A stretch of DNA of 64,000 bases from Chitinophaga pinensis (GCA_945860865.1 CAMARW010000003.1:59177-123176), one strand, 5' to 3'. Shown: positions 20,060 to 30,409, numbered from the stretch's first letter. The notes: generated by a model not told the origin, from the sequence alone. Program-made: numbers and translations.

Positions 20060-20917
20060 TTATTTTTGTTTAAGGTGAAAGGCTACCAAATCTTGTAGCG
20101 GCGATTTGATAATCTTACCAATTTTCATATCGTAGCTAAGTGCCACTTCTTCTAAAATGTCTTTGAACACAAAGCCTACCGAGCCAACGCAATTGAACTT
20201 GTGCGATTGGTAATCGGGGTATTTACTCACTAGGTTTTTAAAGAAATCGCGGAAAGAATCGCGCACTTTGTTTCTAATGTATGGGTGAGTTACATACTCA
20301 TCTGCAAACTTACAGAAACTTGCCAAGTATCTATTTGGGAATTGTGTAGTGTAAAGCGTATGAAAAATTTGCTCATTGCCTTCAATTTGAAAGCGCTCTT
20401 TAAACCTATTATGTAATTCTGGTTCTAATCTACCGCGCATAAAATCGCGCACTATTTTTTTGCCTATGTGGCTACCACTACCTTCATCTCCTATTAAATA
20501 GCCTAGAGAATCTATGTTAACGGTAATGGTATTTCCATCATATAAACACGTGTTGCAACCTGTGCCTAAAATGGCCGCAAAGCCAACTTCAGTGCCAAGC
20601 AATGCACGGGCTGTGGCCAACAAATCATGGTCTACCACTATGCTTTTAGCCTGAGGAAAACTTCTTAATAATGCTTTTTTTACAATGTCTTTTTTTGCGG
20701 GCGTGCTACAACCCGCGCCATAAAAATAAATTTCATCTACCAATTCACCTGCCATGTCTTTTAATAAGTTTTCCGAAAGTGAATAGAAGATGGCTTCTGT
20801 ATCTATAAAATATGGATTATAGCCGATGGTATGGTAAATCTTTTGTGTATTATCTGTGCTATCTACCAAGCACCAATCTGTTTTTGTAGAGCCACTATCA
20901 GCTATAAGATATATCAT
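20060..20917 (-). CDS. BadF/BadG/BcrA/BcrD-type ATPase (N-acetylglucosamine kinase-like)
   Basis: 285 aa. N-terminal LIADSGSTKTDWCL (ASKHA/actin-fold phosphate-1 motif) and a GDEGSG motif. Confidence 0.75.
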   Translation of the reverse strand: MIYLIADSGSTKTDWCLVDSTDNTQKIYHTIGYNPYFIDTEAIFYSLSENLLKDMAGELVDEIYFYGAGCSTPAKKDIVKKALLRSFPQAKSIVVDHDLLATARALLGTEVGFAAILGTGCNTCLYDGNTITVNIDSLGYLIGDEGSGSHIGKKIVRDFMRGRLEPELHNRFKERFQIEGNEQIFHTLYTTQFPNRYLASFCKFADEYVTHPYIRNKVRDSFRDFFKNLVSKYPDYQSHKFNCVGSVGFVFKDILEEVALSYDMKIGKIIKSPLQDLVAFHLKQK

Positions 20918-21093
20918 TTTATACTATTTATGCTGCGAGTATATCAAAATTAAGGCAAAAACCAAAGAAACTATTTTTTCGATTTTTAGCTATATTTTTC
21001 ATTATTTTAAAAAACACGCTGTCAAATCATTGCAAATACATTTTGGTTTATAGCCGTTAAAAAAGTATCATTGGGTTTTAAAATACATAACAG

Positions 21094-22248
21094 ATGAATT
21101 TTAGCGCTGCTATTAAAAGCAAATTACCTAATGTAGGAACTACAATTTTTTCTATCATGTCGGCTCATGCTAGCGAACAAGGTGCTATTAATCTTGCGCA
21201 GGGTTTTCCAGATTTTAACTGTTCACCTAAATTAATCTCTCTGGTTAATCAATATATGGAAAGGGGAATGAACCAATATGCTCCTATGCCTGGTTTAATG
21301 CAACTGCGAGAACGTATTTCAGAAAAAACAGAAAAGCTATATGGTGCTTATTATAAGCCAGATACAGAGATAACTATAGTTCCTGGAGGTACGCATGGCA
21401 TTTACGCAGCGGTAAGTGCAGTAGTTGGTGAGGGCGATGAGGTTGTGGTAATAGAACCTTGCTATGATAGCTACGTTCCTGCCATTGAGTTAAATGGGGG
21501 TAGGGCCGTTTTTTACGAAATGAAATATCCAGATTATGCGATTGATTGGAATGAGGTAAAAAAACTCATCAATTTTAAAACGCGCATGATTATGATTAAT
21601 ACACCCCACAATCCAACAGGCACTACTTTAACTGAATCTGATATGCTGCAATTACAAAAAATATTAGATAACACAGATGTAGTAGTTTTGAGCGATGAGG
21701 TTTATGAACATATTATTTTTGATGGAGCTGAACACCAAAGCGTTGCTAAGTACCCTAAAATTGCAGAACGCAGTATTATTGTTTCTTCTTTTGGTAAAAC
21801 TTATCATACAACTGGCTGGAAAATGGGCTATGTTTTAGCCCCTGAAAACCTTACTAAAGAATTTAGAAAAGTACATCAATTTATGGCTTTTAGTGCCAAT
21901 ACACCCATCCAATATGCATTGGCAGATTATATGGATGATACAGATGCTTATTTACAATTAAAACATTTTTATGAAGAAAAAAGAAATCTTTTTCAAACGC
22001 TCATTAAGGGCTCAAACTTTAAGCTTTTGCCTTGCAAAGGCTCATATTTTCAAATGCTCAACTATGCTAAAATTACGCAAGAACGTGACTTTGACTTTGC
22101 CTTGCGTTTAACCAAAGATTTTAAAGTTGCAAGTATTCCAACCTCTGTTTTTTACCAGAAAAAATTAGATAATAACGTATTACGTTTTTGCTTTGCTAAG
22201 GAAAATGAAACTTTAGAAAAAGCAGCAGAAAAACTGTTGAGGGTATAG
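21094..22248 (+). CDS. PLP-dependent aminotransferase, class I (methionine aminotransferase YbdL-like)
   Basis: 384 aa. INLAQGFPDF, NTPHNPTG, and SFGKTYHTTGWKMGY (PLP-lysine region). Confidence 0.85.
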   Translation: MNFSAAIKSKLPNVGTTIFSIMSAHASEQGAINLAQGFPDFNCSPKLISLVNQYMERGMNQYAPMPGLMQLRERISEKTEKLYGAYYKPDTEITIVPGGTHGIYAAVSAVVGEGDEVVVIEPCYDSYVPAIELNGGRAVFYEMKYPDYAIDWNEVKKLINFKTRMIMINTPHNPTGTTLTESDMLQLQKILDNTDVVVLSDEVYEHIIFDGAEHQSVAKYPKIAERSIIVSSFGKTYHTTGWKMGYVLAPENLTKEFRKVHQFMAFSANTPIQYALADYMDDTDAYLQLKHFYEEKRNLFQTLIKGSNFKLLPCKGSYFQMLNYAKITQERDFDFALRLTKDFKVASIPTSVFYQKKLDNNVLRFCFAKENETLEKAAEKLLRV

Positions 22249-22337
22249 AATTACGAATTACGAATTAAAAATTACAAATTTTCAATAATTAGATCCTAGA
22301 TTATAATTCGTAATTTTTAATTCGTAATTCGTAATTC
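22248..22337. repeat. palindromic heptamer-repeat element, copy 1: a perfect 28-bp inverted repeat with a 34-nt loop
   Basis: Left arm, 22248-22275, is GAATTACGAATTACGAATTAAAAATTAC. Right arm, 22310-22337, is GTAATTTTTAATTCGTAATTCGTAATTC, its exact reverse complement. It starts at the last base of the aminotransferase stop codon. Degenerate unit copies (ATAACTC ATAATTC) continue to about 22350. Confidence 0.85.
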
Positions 22338-22379
22338 ATAACTCATAATTCATATTATATTTGAAGCTTTAATGGAATT

Positions 22380-24158
22380 ATGATACAAGATTTAATAAAA
22401 GCCCAGCTTTCTTATGCCATTCAACAATTGTTTGGACTAATACTAAAGCCTGAGGACGTGGTGATAGAAAAAACAGCTTCAAATTTCGAGGGAGATTTCA
22501 CCTATGTGGTTTTTCCTTTATTAAAAATAAGTAGAAAAAATCCTGAGCAAACAGCCCAAGCCATAGGAGATTTTCTTCTACAACATTTTCCAGAATTAGG
22601 CACCTTTCAAGTAGTAAAGGGCTTCTTAAATTTAAGCATTAAGCCGCAATTTTGGCTTCAATTTTTACAACAACAAGTTAGTAATCAGAATTTTGGAATG
22701 GCTGAGCCAAATTCCAAGGAAGCTGTTTTGGTAGAATACTCTTCGCCCAATACCAATAAACCTTTGCACTTAGGACACATCAGGAATAATTTATTGGGTT
22801 ATGCTGTAGCTGCTATTCTTAAAGCTAATGGCAATAAGGTTTATACCTGTAATTTGGTTAACGATAGGGGTATTCATATTTGTAAAAGCATGTATGCTTG
22901 GCTGCAATTTGGAAATAACGAAACACCCGAAAGTAGTGGTTTAAAAGGAGATCATTTAGTAGGTAAATACTATGTAATTTTTGATAAACAATACAAGCAA
23001 GAAATAAAAGACTTAATAGCGTCTGGCTTAACCGAAGAGGATGCAGCTAAACAAGCGCCAAGTATTTTGGCCGCGCAAGATTTATTGGTTAAATGGGAGG
23101 CAGGTGATGAACCAACTATAGCCGTATGGAAAATGATGAATGCATGGGTTTACAAAGGCTTTGAACATACTTACCAAAAACTGGGGGTGCAATTTGATCA
23201 GTTTTACTACGAATCAAATACCTACTTGCTTGGCAAAGAAATAGTACAAGAGGGTTTAGCCAAAGAGGTATTCTTTAAAAAAGAAAATGGTTCTGTTTGG
23301 ATAGATTTAAGCGCAGAAGGACTTGATCAAAAATTGGTTTTGCGTGCAGATGGTACTTCGGTTTATATTACCCAAGACCTCGGAACTGCTGAGCTTAAAT
23401 ACAACGATTTCAATTGCAATAGATCTATTTATGTAGTAGGAAACGAGCAAGAATACCATTTTAAGGTATTGCAACAAATTGCCTCTAAATTAGAAAAACC
23501 ATATGCAGCCGGAATATATCATTTAAGTTATGGTATGGTAGAGTTACCACATGGTAAAATGAAAAGTAGGGAAGGAACAGTAGTTGATGCAGATGAATTG
23601 ATTGATGAAATGGAGCACACCGCCAAAGAAACCACTCAAGCATTGGGTAAAATGGAGGGTGAGAGTGAAGATACTTTAAATCAACTTTACCATACCATTG
23701 GCATGGGTGCGCTTAAATATTATCTATTAAAAGTAGATCCGCGCAAAAAAATGCTTTTTAATCCGGAAGAAAGTATCGATTTTCAAGGTAATACGGGTCC
23801 GTTTATTCAATACACGCACGCTCGTATAAAATCTATTTTGCGTTTGGTTGGCAATCAATCAGCAGATTTTCAAATTAAAAATGTTATATTAAGTAAGGTA
23901 GAAAAAGAACTTTTAGCCAAATTGTATCAATACCCACTAATCATTGCTGAAGCTGGGAATGATATGAGTCCGGGATTGCTCTGTAATTACATTTACGAAT
24001 TAGCCAAAATCTATAGTTTGTTCTACCACGATCATCCTATAATGAAGGAAGAAAATTTGGATCAAAAAGCTTTTAGAGTATCTGCTTGTATGCTCACTGC
24101 ACATGTTATTAAATCTGGATTCTTGCTTTTGGGTATTCAAGTTCCCGAAAAAATGTAA
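22380..24158 (+). CDS. argS: arginine--tRNA ligase
   Basis: 592 aa. Class I HIGH motif (PLHLGHIRN) and overall ArgS architecture with a C-terminal anticodon-binding domain. Confidence 0.92.
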   Translation: MIQDLIKAQLSYAIQQLFGLILKPEDVVIEKTASNFEGDFTYVVFPLLKISRKNPEQTAQAIGDFLLQHFPELGTFQVVKGFLNLSIKPQFWLQFLQQQVSNQNFGMAEPNSKEAVLVEYSSPNTNKPLHLGHIRNNLLGYAVAAILKANGNKVYTCNLVNDRGIHICKSMYAWLQFGNNETPESSGLKGDHLVGKYYVIFDKQYKQEIKDLIASGLTEEDAAKQAPSILAAQDLLVKWEAGDEPTIAVWKMMNAWVYKGFEHTYQKLGVQFDQFYYESNTYLLGKEIVQEGLAKEVFFKKENGSVWIDLSAEGLDQKLVLRADGTSVYITQDLGTAELKYNDFNCNRSIYVVGNEQEYHFKVLQQIASKLEKPYAAGIYHLSYGMVELPHGKMKSREGTVVDADELIDEMEHTAKETTQALGKMEGESEDTLNQLYHTIGMGALKYYLLKVDPRKKMLFNPEESIDFQGNTGPFIQYTHARIKSILRLVGNQSADFQIKNVILSKVEKELLAKLYQYPLIIAEAGNDMSPGLLCNYIYELAKIYSLFYHDHPIMKEENLDQKAFRVSACMLTAHVIKSGFLLLGIQVPEKM

Positions 24159-24162
24159 GGAT

Positions 24163-25524
24163 ATGCAGGCGAAATTTTTTTTGTTTCTATGGGTATTGTT
24201 GCTTGCTTCTTGCGATGTAACAAAACAATATATGAAACTGGGTAACCAAGCCTACCATCAAGGAGATATGGATGCAGCTGCTAATTATTTTTACAATACA
24301 CTGCTAGTAAAACCAAATAATATAGAAGCTAAACAGGCTCTGCAGCAGAGTGGAAACATTGTTTTGCAAAATAAATTTTCTGCTTTTAATAAATACGTAA
24401 TAGAAAAACAAGATGAAAAGGCCATTAAGCAATACCTTGCTTGTAAAAAATATCATTTCCGCTGCGCATCTGTTGGGGTAGAGTTACCCTGGGTAAGTAT
24501 GTATGATCCCATTTTTGAAGATTTAAAAAACGAATTTGTATCTGCACAATATGATTTGGGTTTAATGCACTTAAACAACAATAAGTATGATCAAGCCGAA
24601 CTTGTTTTTACTAATATTGCTGAAATAGACCCTACCTATAAAGATGCAACGGTATTACGACTTAAAAGTATCCTGGAGCCCCTGTATAAACATGGCCAAA
24701 AAATGATGGAATTGGAGCAATACAAAGAGGCTTATAGAGATTTTGAAAAAGTGATTAAATTAGATCAAACCTATAAAAACGCTTTGAACCTTAGAGACGA
24801 AGCGCTTAAAAAAGCATCTATTGGGTTAGGCATATTACCTGTGCAAAACCAAACCAGAAGTCAGGGTTTTGATACCCGTTTGTACCAGCAAATTGTAGCT
24901 ACTTTGGTTCAGCATAAAAACCCCTTTCTAAAAGTAATAGATAGAAGCTCTTTAGAAAGTATGCTTAGAGAGCAATCTCTGGGAATGAGTGGTATTGTTG
25001 ATCCAGAAAGTGCCGCAAAGGCAGGCAAAATAATTGGATTAAAATACGTATTGATGACGGCTATAAGCGACTTAGTTTATGAGGATGAAGGTATGCGTAA
25101 AGATTCTATTTTGGCCTACGAAGCATACTCAGAGCAGATTCCATCTCAAATGCCGAATGGATTGCCACAAACTATAACTCGCTTTAAAAAGGTTAAATAC
25201 CAAGATCAAAGTCAGAAAAGAAGATTGTATTACAGGGTCTTTTATCAATTGGTTTCTACCCAAACAGGCCAAGTAGTTGCCAGCGATGTGTTGAGCGAAG
25301 AAGTGAGTGATGAGGTTCATTTTGCCTCTTATAATGGAAACGTAAATGCATTGTATCCCGAACTTCCAATAGCTAAATCTATGCCGCCTAAGCCAACCGA
25401 ATTTAGAGAACAGTTTAATCAAGTAAAAAGAAATATAGCCTCCAGAGAAGATTTGACACAACAAGTTTGCGTTAAAATAGTGAAAATCATAGCTGATGAC
25501 CTTCATATTTATATCGACAAATAA
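24163..25524 (+). CDS. lipoprotein with N-terminal TPR-like repeats and a C-terminal CsgG/LpoB-like domain
   Basis: Start moved to the internal Met at 24163 (MQAKFFLFLWVLLLASCDV, a lipoprotein signal peptide with lipobox Cys) so it does not overlap argS. The C-terminal half (ILPVQNQT...GKIIGLKYVLMTAISDL) resembles CsgG-family periplasmic lipoproteins. Confidence 0.5.
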   Translation: MQAKFFLFLWVLLLASCDVTKQYMKLGNQAYHQGDMDAAANYFYNTLLVKPNNIEAKQALQQSGNIVLQNKFSAFNKYVIEKQDEKAIKQYLACKKYHFRCASVGVELPWVSMYDPIFEDLKNEFVSAQYDLGLMHLNNNKYDQAELVFTNIAEIDPTYKDATVLRLKSILEPLYKHGQKMMELEQYKEAYRDFEKVIKLDQTYKNALNLRDEALKKASIGLGILPVQNQTRSQGFDTRLYQQIVATLVQHKNPFLKVIDRSSLESMLREQSLGMSGIVDPESAAKAGKIIGLKYVLMTAISDLVYEDEGMRKDSILAYEAYSEQIPSQMPNGLPQTITRFKKVKYQDQSQKRRLYYRVFYQLVSTQTGQVVASDVLSEEVSDEVHFASYNGNVNALYPELPIAKSMPPKPTEFREQFNQVKRNIASREDLTQQVCVKIVKIIADDLHIYIDK

Positions 25525-25600
25525 TTTTAAAGCTTGCGCCTCTTGCTGAGCTATTGGGTGGGCTTTTTTTGTTTTTATTTACTTACTTTTGCACAGATAC

Positions 25601-26533
25601 ATGAAGGTTTATAGAAGCATAGAATCATTTCCACAACTCAGCAATGCCATTGTTACGCAAGGTACCTTTGATGGTGTTCATTTTGCTCACCAGGTTATCC
25701 TAAAACAGCTCAAAGAAATTGCTCGTGTTAAAGGTGGTAAAACGGTATTAATTACTTTCGACCCACACCCAAGAACCGTCTTGTTTCCGGAAGATCATGG
25801 CTTACAATTACTCAATACACCCGAAGAAAAAATTGCCTTATTAGAAAAAGCAGGGATTGATTATTTACTTATTTTACCTTTTACCAGAGCATTCTCGCGC
25901 TTAAGCTCTCTTGAATTTATAAGAGATATTTTAATAAACGGCATTGGCACAAAGTATTTGGTTATTGGATACAATCATCGTTTTGGAAAAAATAGGGAAG
26001 GGAGTTTTGAATACTTAAGGGATTATGCGCCCACATACGGATTTGAAATTTTAGAAATTTCTGCTCAAGATTTAGACAAAGTTGCCGTAAGTTCTACTAA
26101 AATTAGAACGGCTTTAAACGCAGGCGAGGTAAATAAAGCTAGTAAGTTTTTAGGTAGATATTATGAAATGGAAGGAACGGTTGTGCAAGGAAAACAATTG
26201 GGCAGAACCATTGGTTACCCTACCGCTAATTTACAACTTTTACACCCTTTAAAACTGTTGCCACAAGATGGAGTTTACGCCGTTTGGGTTTGGATTAAAG
26301 CTAAAAAGTATGGTGGAATGCTCAATATTGGGAATAATCCTACGGTAATTGATAAAGGTAGGAGCATAGAAGTTAACATATTTGGGTTTAGTGAATCTAT
26401 TTATAATCAAATCATAAGTGTTCAATTTGTTGATAAACTAAGGGATGAGGCCAAGTTTAATAATTTAGAAGAGCTAAAAACTCGATTAGATTTGGATAAA
26501 TTGCAAGCTTTAGCATTGTTAGATTTAAAGTGA
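25601..26533 (+). CDS. ribF: bifunctional riboflavin kinase / FMN adenylyltransferase
   Basis: Start at Met 25601 (MKVYRS...). GTFDGVHFAH nucleotidyltransferase motif and a C-terminal riboflavin kinase domain (GRTIGYPTANL). Confidence 0.9.
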   Translation: MKVYRSIESFPQLSNAIVTQGTFDGVHFAHQVILKQLKEIARVKGGKTVLITFDPHPRTVLFPEDHGLQLLNTPEEKIALLEKAGIDYLLILPFTRAFSRLSSLEFIRDILINGIGTKYLVIGYNHRFGKNREGSFEYLRDYAPTYGFEILEISAQDLDKVAVSSTKIRTALNAGEVNKASKFLGRYYEMEGTVVQGKQLGRTIGYPTANLQLLHPLKLLPQDGVYAVWVWIKAKKYGGMLNIGNNPTVIDKGRSIEVNIFGFSESIYNQIISVQFVDKLRDEAKFNNLEELKTRLDLDKLQALALLDLK

Positions 26534-26544
26534 GTTGCATCCCA

Positions 26545-27510
26545 ATGAAATTACATAAACTGGTTTTTTATATAGGTATATTATTTTTATTCTTTGTTCC
26601 GCAAGTAATATTTGCCCAAGTAGAAGAATCTCCTGATTCACTTGAGTTGATTGAATACGACGAGGATGAAATAGAGGAATCGCCCGAATTTGATAGCGTA
26701 GTTGTAAGCTCTGCCGATAAATACTGGGATTTTGTACGTCCGCGTAATTTTCTTTTTGATACTACTTATGCACCTGCTCATAGTTTTTATCGTTCTTGGG
26801 ATACCGTTACCATAAATCCTTATAGGCGCGATCTCAAAAACATGGAGGATACCATCAAGTTGATTTTAGCCAACTACGATGATTGCTCTTTTCACCCTCC
26901 TGCAATTGGCGATATAACGTCTAATTTTGGTTTTAGAAGGTGGGGGCGCCGACAAAAATTTCATTTTGGAACCGATATTCGTATGGAGGTGGGCGACCCC
27001 GTTTATGCAGCATTTGAGGGTGTGGTGCGCATTGCCAAACGAAGTGCAGATTATGGATATGTGGTTGTTATAAGGCATAATAATGGATTAGAAACATTAT
27101 ATGCTCATTTCTCTCAATTATTGGCTTATCCGGGGCAACCCGTAAAAGGCGGTAATATTATCGGATTGGCTGGAAGCACAGGTCGTTCTACGGGTCCTCA
27201 TTTGCATTTTGAAGTGCGTTTTCAAGGTGAGAAAATAGATCCATCTTCTATCATTCATTTTCCTAGCGGATCGCTCATGAATGATACTTTTCAAGTAGAT
27301 AAGGGTTGTTTTAAGCATTTATATGAGGTGCAATCGGCCAAGTTAAAAGCAAAAAGTGTGGCCACTCCCAAATATACCAAAGCTAGAAAAGGAGATACCA
27401 TTCAAAAAATTGCCAACCGATACGGATTAAGTGCCAAAAAAATCAGCAGACTTAACGGCATCAAATCTAAAACCAAACTAAAATCTGGTCGCAGAATTAG
27501 GTTGAGGTAA
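26545..27510 (+). CDS. M23-family metallopeptidase with C-terminal LysM domain
   Basis: Start at the internal Met 26545 (MKLHKLVFYIGILFLFFVPQVIFAQ, a signal peptide). M23 motifs HFGTDI and GSTGRSTGPHLHFEV. C-terminal LysM (GDTIQKIANRYGLSAKKISRLNGI). Confidence 0.85.
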   Translation: MKLHKLVFYIGILFLFFVPQVIFAQVEESPDSLELIEYDEDEIEESPEFDSVVVSSADKYWDFVRPRNFLFDTTYAPAHSFYRSWDTVTINPYRRDLKNMEDTIKLILANYDDCSFHPPAIGDITSNFGFRRWGRRQKFHFGTDIRMEVGDPVYAAFEGVVRIAKRSADYGYVVVIRHNNGLETLYAHFSQLLAYPGQPVKGGNIIGLAGSTGRSTGPHLHFEVRFQGEKIDPSSIIHFPSGSLMNDTFQVDKGCFKHLYEVQSAKLKAKSVATPKYTKARKGDTIQKIANRYGLSAKKISRLNGIKSKTKLKSGRRIRLR

Positions 27511-27539
27511 CTCCATTAGCCTATTATTATAAAAAACCC

Positions 27540-28379
27540 ATGAAAATTATAAAAACAATTCTTAAAATATCAGCGGCTTGCATCGCTTTGTTTTTAATTG
27601 GAGGTTTTGTGTATTACTTCAATTATATTAAACCATTTAAAGAACAAATGGCCAAAACTATGCTGGTAAATTTTGATATGAATTTACTTATAGTGCAAGG
27701 TGGGGGAGGAAACTCCGGCATTCTTTTGCTGGATAGCATGGTTTTAGTAGTTGATAGCAAAATGGATGAAGCTGCTTTAGAATTGCATAAAATTGCCAAT
27801 AGAATGGCAGAAGGAAAACCTATCGTGTTAGTAAATACCCACTATCATCCAGATCATGTAGGTGGCAATCATTTATATGCGGGTCAAACCATTGTAGCTG
27901 GCGGTAACTATACAGAGCAACTCTGGAAACAAGAAACAGGCTCAAACCAATTACCCGATATCTGGGTTAAAGATAGCCTCATTATAGAAACAAGAACAGA
28001 AAGAATTAGTATCGTAAATATTCCAAATCCTGCACACACAGAAAGTGATTTGGTAGTATTCTTAAACAACAAAAAAGTACTATTTACCGGAGATGTGGTC
28101 TTAAATAATCAAATTCCGCTGCTCCAAGGCTCTGCTAAACCCCAAGGATATTTGAGTGCCTTTGATTATTTAAGCAATAGGTTTGATTTAAATACCATTG
28201 TGCCCGGACATGGAAATATAGGTTCTAAAAAAGTATTTTCTAATTTTAAACAATACTTTTTAGATATGAATGAAGCTAGTAAAAACAGCGCTCAGAAAGA
28301 TGCCTTAATAGCCAAATATGATGGCTGGGCGCAGCTTCCTTTTTTTATGTCGCCGCGCGCAACCATCAGAAAGTTTTAA
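27540..28379 (+). CDS. MBL-fold metallo-hydrolase (secreted or membrane-anchored)
   Basis: 279 aa. N-terminal hydrophobic segment; HYHPDHVGG (HxHxDH) and TGD plus PGHG motifs. Confidence 0.8.
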   Translation: MKIIKTILKISAACIALFLIGGFVYYFNYIKPFKEQMAKTMLVNFDMNLLIVQGGGGNSGILLLDSMVLVVDSKMDEAALELHKIANRMAEGKPIVLVNTHYHPDHVGGNHLYAGQTIVAGGNYTEQLWKQETGSNQLPDIWVKDSLIIETRTERISIVNIPNPAHTESDLVVFLNNKKVLFTGDVVLNNQIPLLQGSAKPQGYLSAFDYLSNRFDLNTIVPGHGNIGSKKVFSNFKQYFLDMNEASKNSAQKDALIAKYDGWAQLPFFMSPRATIRKF

Positions 28380-28382
28380 TTT

Positions 28383-28718
28383 CTATAAAAAGCCTAATTG
28401 CAGTTTGGCCGATTCGCTCATCAGATCTTGACTCCATGGTGGATCAAATGTTACCGTTACGGTTACCTCTTGAACACCCTCCATGGCACCTAATTTCTCT
28501 TTAATTTCGGCAGGCATGCTTTGTGCTGCCGGACAAAAAGGGGAAGTGAGCGACATGATTATTTCGATGTTTAATTCGTGTGAAACATTAACCTCATAGA
28601 TGAGTCCTAATTCGTAAATGTTCACCGGAATTTCTGGATCGAATATAGTTTGTAAAACTTGGATGGCTTCGTTTTGCACATCTACAAAATTTCTAATTGA
28701 TTTAATTTCTTCGCTCAT
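28383..28718 (-). CDS. sufT: SUF-associated DUF59/MIP18-family Fe-S assembly protein (SufT-like)
   Basis: 111 aa. DPEIPVNIYELGLIY and SPFCPAA motifs typical of DUF59. It is the last gene of the suf operon. Confidence 0.8.
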   Translation of the reverse strand: MSEEIKSIRNFVDVQNEAIQVLQTIFDPEIPVNIYELGLIYEVNVSHELNIEIIMSLTSPFCPAAQSMPAEIKEKLGAMEGVQEVTVTVTFDPPWSQDLMSESAKLQLGFL

Positions 28719-28723
28719 AATAA

Positions 28724-29143
28724 TTATTGTTTAATGAGGGCAAAAGCATACATTTTCATTTGCTTTATCATGCTGGTAAAGCCATTGCTTCTTTGTGAGC
28801 CAATCATTCTGCTCATGCCTATTTTTTCTATGAAATACAATTCTGTATTAAGTATCTCTTGGGGTGTTTTGCCGCTGTAAATTTTAACCAACAAGCTTAC
28901 TAATCCCTTAGTAATTTCTGTATTGCTATCTGCTTCAAAGTACAATTTATCGTCTTCATAAACTGGAAACAACCATACTTTGCTTTGGCAACCTTTAACT
29001 ATATAATCTTCTGATTTATGTTCAATAGGCATTTCAGGCAATTTTTTGCCCAAATCCATTAAATAGAATAATTTACTTTCTAGGTCATCTTCAAATAAAG
29101 AAAAGTCTTCTATAATTTCGTCCTGTAATTCGATGCTCGTCAT
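28724..29143 (-). CDS. sufE: cysteine desulfuration (sulfur acceptor) protein SufE
   Basis: 139 aa. Conserved persulfide-acceptor Cys in VKGCQSKVWL; directly downstream of sufS. Confidence 0.85.
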   Translation of the reverse strand: MTSIELQDEIIEDFSLFEDDLESKLFYLMDLGKKLPEMPIEHKSEDYIVKGCQSKVWLFPVYEDDKLYFEADSNTEITKGLVSLLVKIYSGKTPQEILNTELYFIEKIGMSRMIGSQRSNGFTSMIKQMKMYAFALIKQ

Positions 29144-29155
29144 GGTAAATAAAAC

Positions 29156-30391
29156 TTATTTTATGCAAATTTTCCTCAAAGCTTCCAGCAAAACTGCTAC
29201 TTCTTCCAAGGTATTGTAAACAGCAAAAGATGCACGCACGGTACCTTCAATTTGGTAAAAATGCATCAATGGTTGCGTGCAATGATGGCCAGTTCTAACA
29301 GCAATTCCTCGTGCATCAAGCATAAGTCCAATATCAAAAGGATGTTTTCCTTTAATTATAAAAGATTGCACTGCCACTTTATCAGGCGCTGTTCCGTACA
29401 AAACAATTGGGCTTGAACCAATTTCATCATTTAGTTTTTGAACGCCCAATACAAAAGTTTGCAACAAGAGATTTTCATGTGCAATGATGTTCTTTTTACC
29501 CAAATTATTTACAAATTCAATGGCAAATTTAAAGGCAATTACATCTGCAATATTGGGTGTTCCTGCTTCAAATTTAAAAGGAATTTCGTTGTAAGTAGTT
29601 TGCTCAAAACTAACTTCCTTAATCATTTCTCCGCCACCTTGGTAGGGTGGCATTTCATCCAATAAAGCACGTTTTCCGTATAAAACGCCCACACCTGTGG
29701 GGCCATATAATTTATGACCGCTAAGTGTTAAGAAGTCAATATCTAATGCTTGTACGTCTACTTCTAAATGTGAACCCGCTTGCGCGCCATCCAATAAAAC
29801 AATGGCTTTGTGGGCGTGTGCGGCAGTTATAATTTCTTCTACAGGGTTTATTGTACCTAGCGCATTACTAGCCCAAACACAAGCAACTAATTTGGTTCTA
29901 TCCGAAAGTAATTGATGATAAGCCGCCATGTCTAAAGTACCATTGGCAAGCACGGGGATAACTTTTAAAATGGCACCTTTCTCTGCGCAAATCATTTGCC
30001 AAGGAACAATATTACTGTGATGCTCTAGGTATGAAATAATAACCTCATCGCCGGCTTGTAGGTTTTTTCTACCCCAAGTTTGCGCCACTAAATTAATACT
30101 TTCTGTTACTCCTTTGGTAAAAATACATTCTGCTGCTTCGGCGGCATTTATAAATTGTTGCACTGCTTTGCGTGTATCTTCAAACATGCCAGTGGCCCTA
30201 TCGGCCAATGTATGTGCACCCCGGTGGATGTTTGCGTTATCTGTTTTATAATAATTTTGCAAAGCCTCAATAACGGCCAAAGGCTTTTGGGTGGTGGCAG
30301 CATTGTCTAAATAAACCAAAGGATGTTTGTTCACCTCTTGATGCAGAATGGGAAACAAGCTCCTGATGCTTTGTATGTTTATTGCAGACAT
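29156..30391 (-). CDS. sufS: cysteine desulfurase, SufS subfamily
   Basis: 411 aa. PLP-Lys region LSGHKLYGPTG and the catalytic-Cys loop RTGHHCTQP. Confidence 0.92.
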   Translation of the reverse strand: MSAINIQSIRSLFPILHQEVNKHPLVYLDNAATTQKPLAVIEALQNYYKTDNANIHRGAHTLADRATGMFEDTRKAVQQFINAAEAAECIFTKGVTESINLVAQTWGRKNLQAGDEVIISYLEHHSNIVPWQMICAEKGAILKVIPVLANGTLDMAAYHQLLSDRTKLVACVWASNALGTINPVEEIITAAHAHKAIVLLDGAQAGSHLEVDVQALDIDFLTLSGHKLYGPTGVGVLYGKRALLDEMPPYQGGGEMIKEVSFEQTTYNEIPFKFEAGTPNIADVIAFKFAIEFVNNLGKKNIIAHENLLLQTFVLGVQKLNDEIGSSPIVLYGTAPDKVAVQSFIIKGKHPFDIGLMLDARGIAVRTGHHCTQPLMHFYQIEGTVRASFAVYNTLEEVAVLLEALRKICIK

Positions 30392-30409
30392 TACTTAAGT
30401 AGGATTGAA

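Noticed and set aside
22248-22350. Reading the heptamer-repeat hairpins as a CRISPR array
   Set aside because: The repeats are 7-nt units in inverted orientation forming hairpins. There are no regularly spaced 25-40-nt direct repeats with unique spacers, and no cas genes in the window.
25540-25585. Possible terminator (GCCTCTTGCTGAGCTATTGGGTGGGC then a T7 tract) after the TPR lipoprotein gene
   Set aside because: The T tract is present, but I could not find a convincing GC-rich stem; only 3 or 4 complementary base pairs. Not called as a feature.
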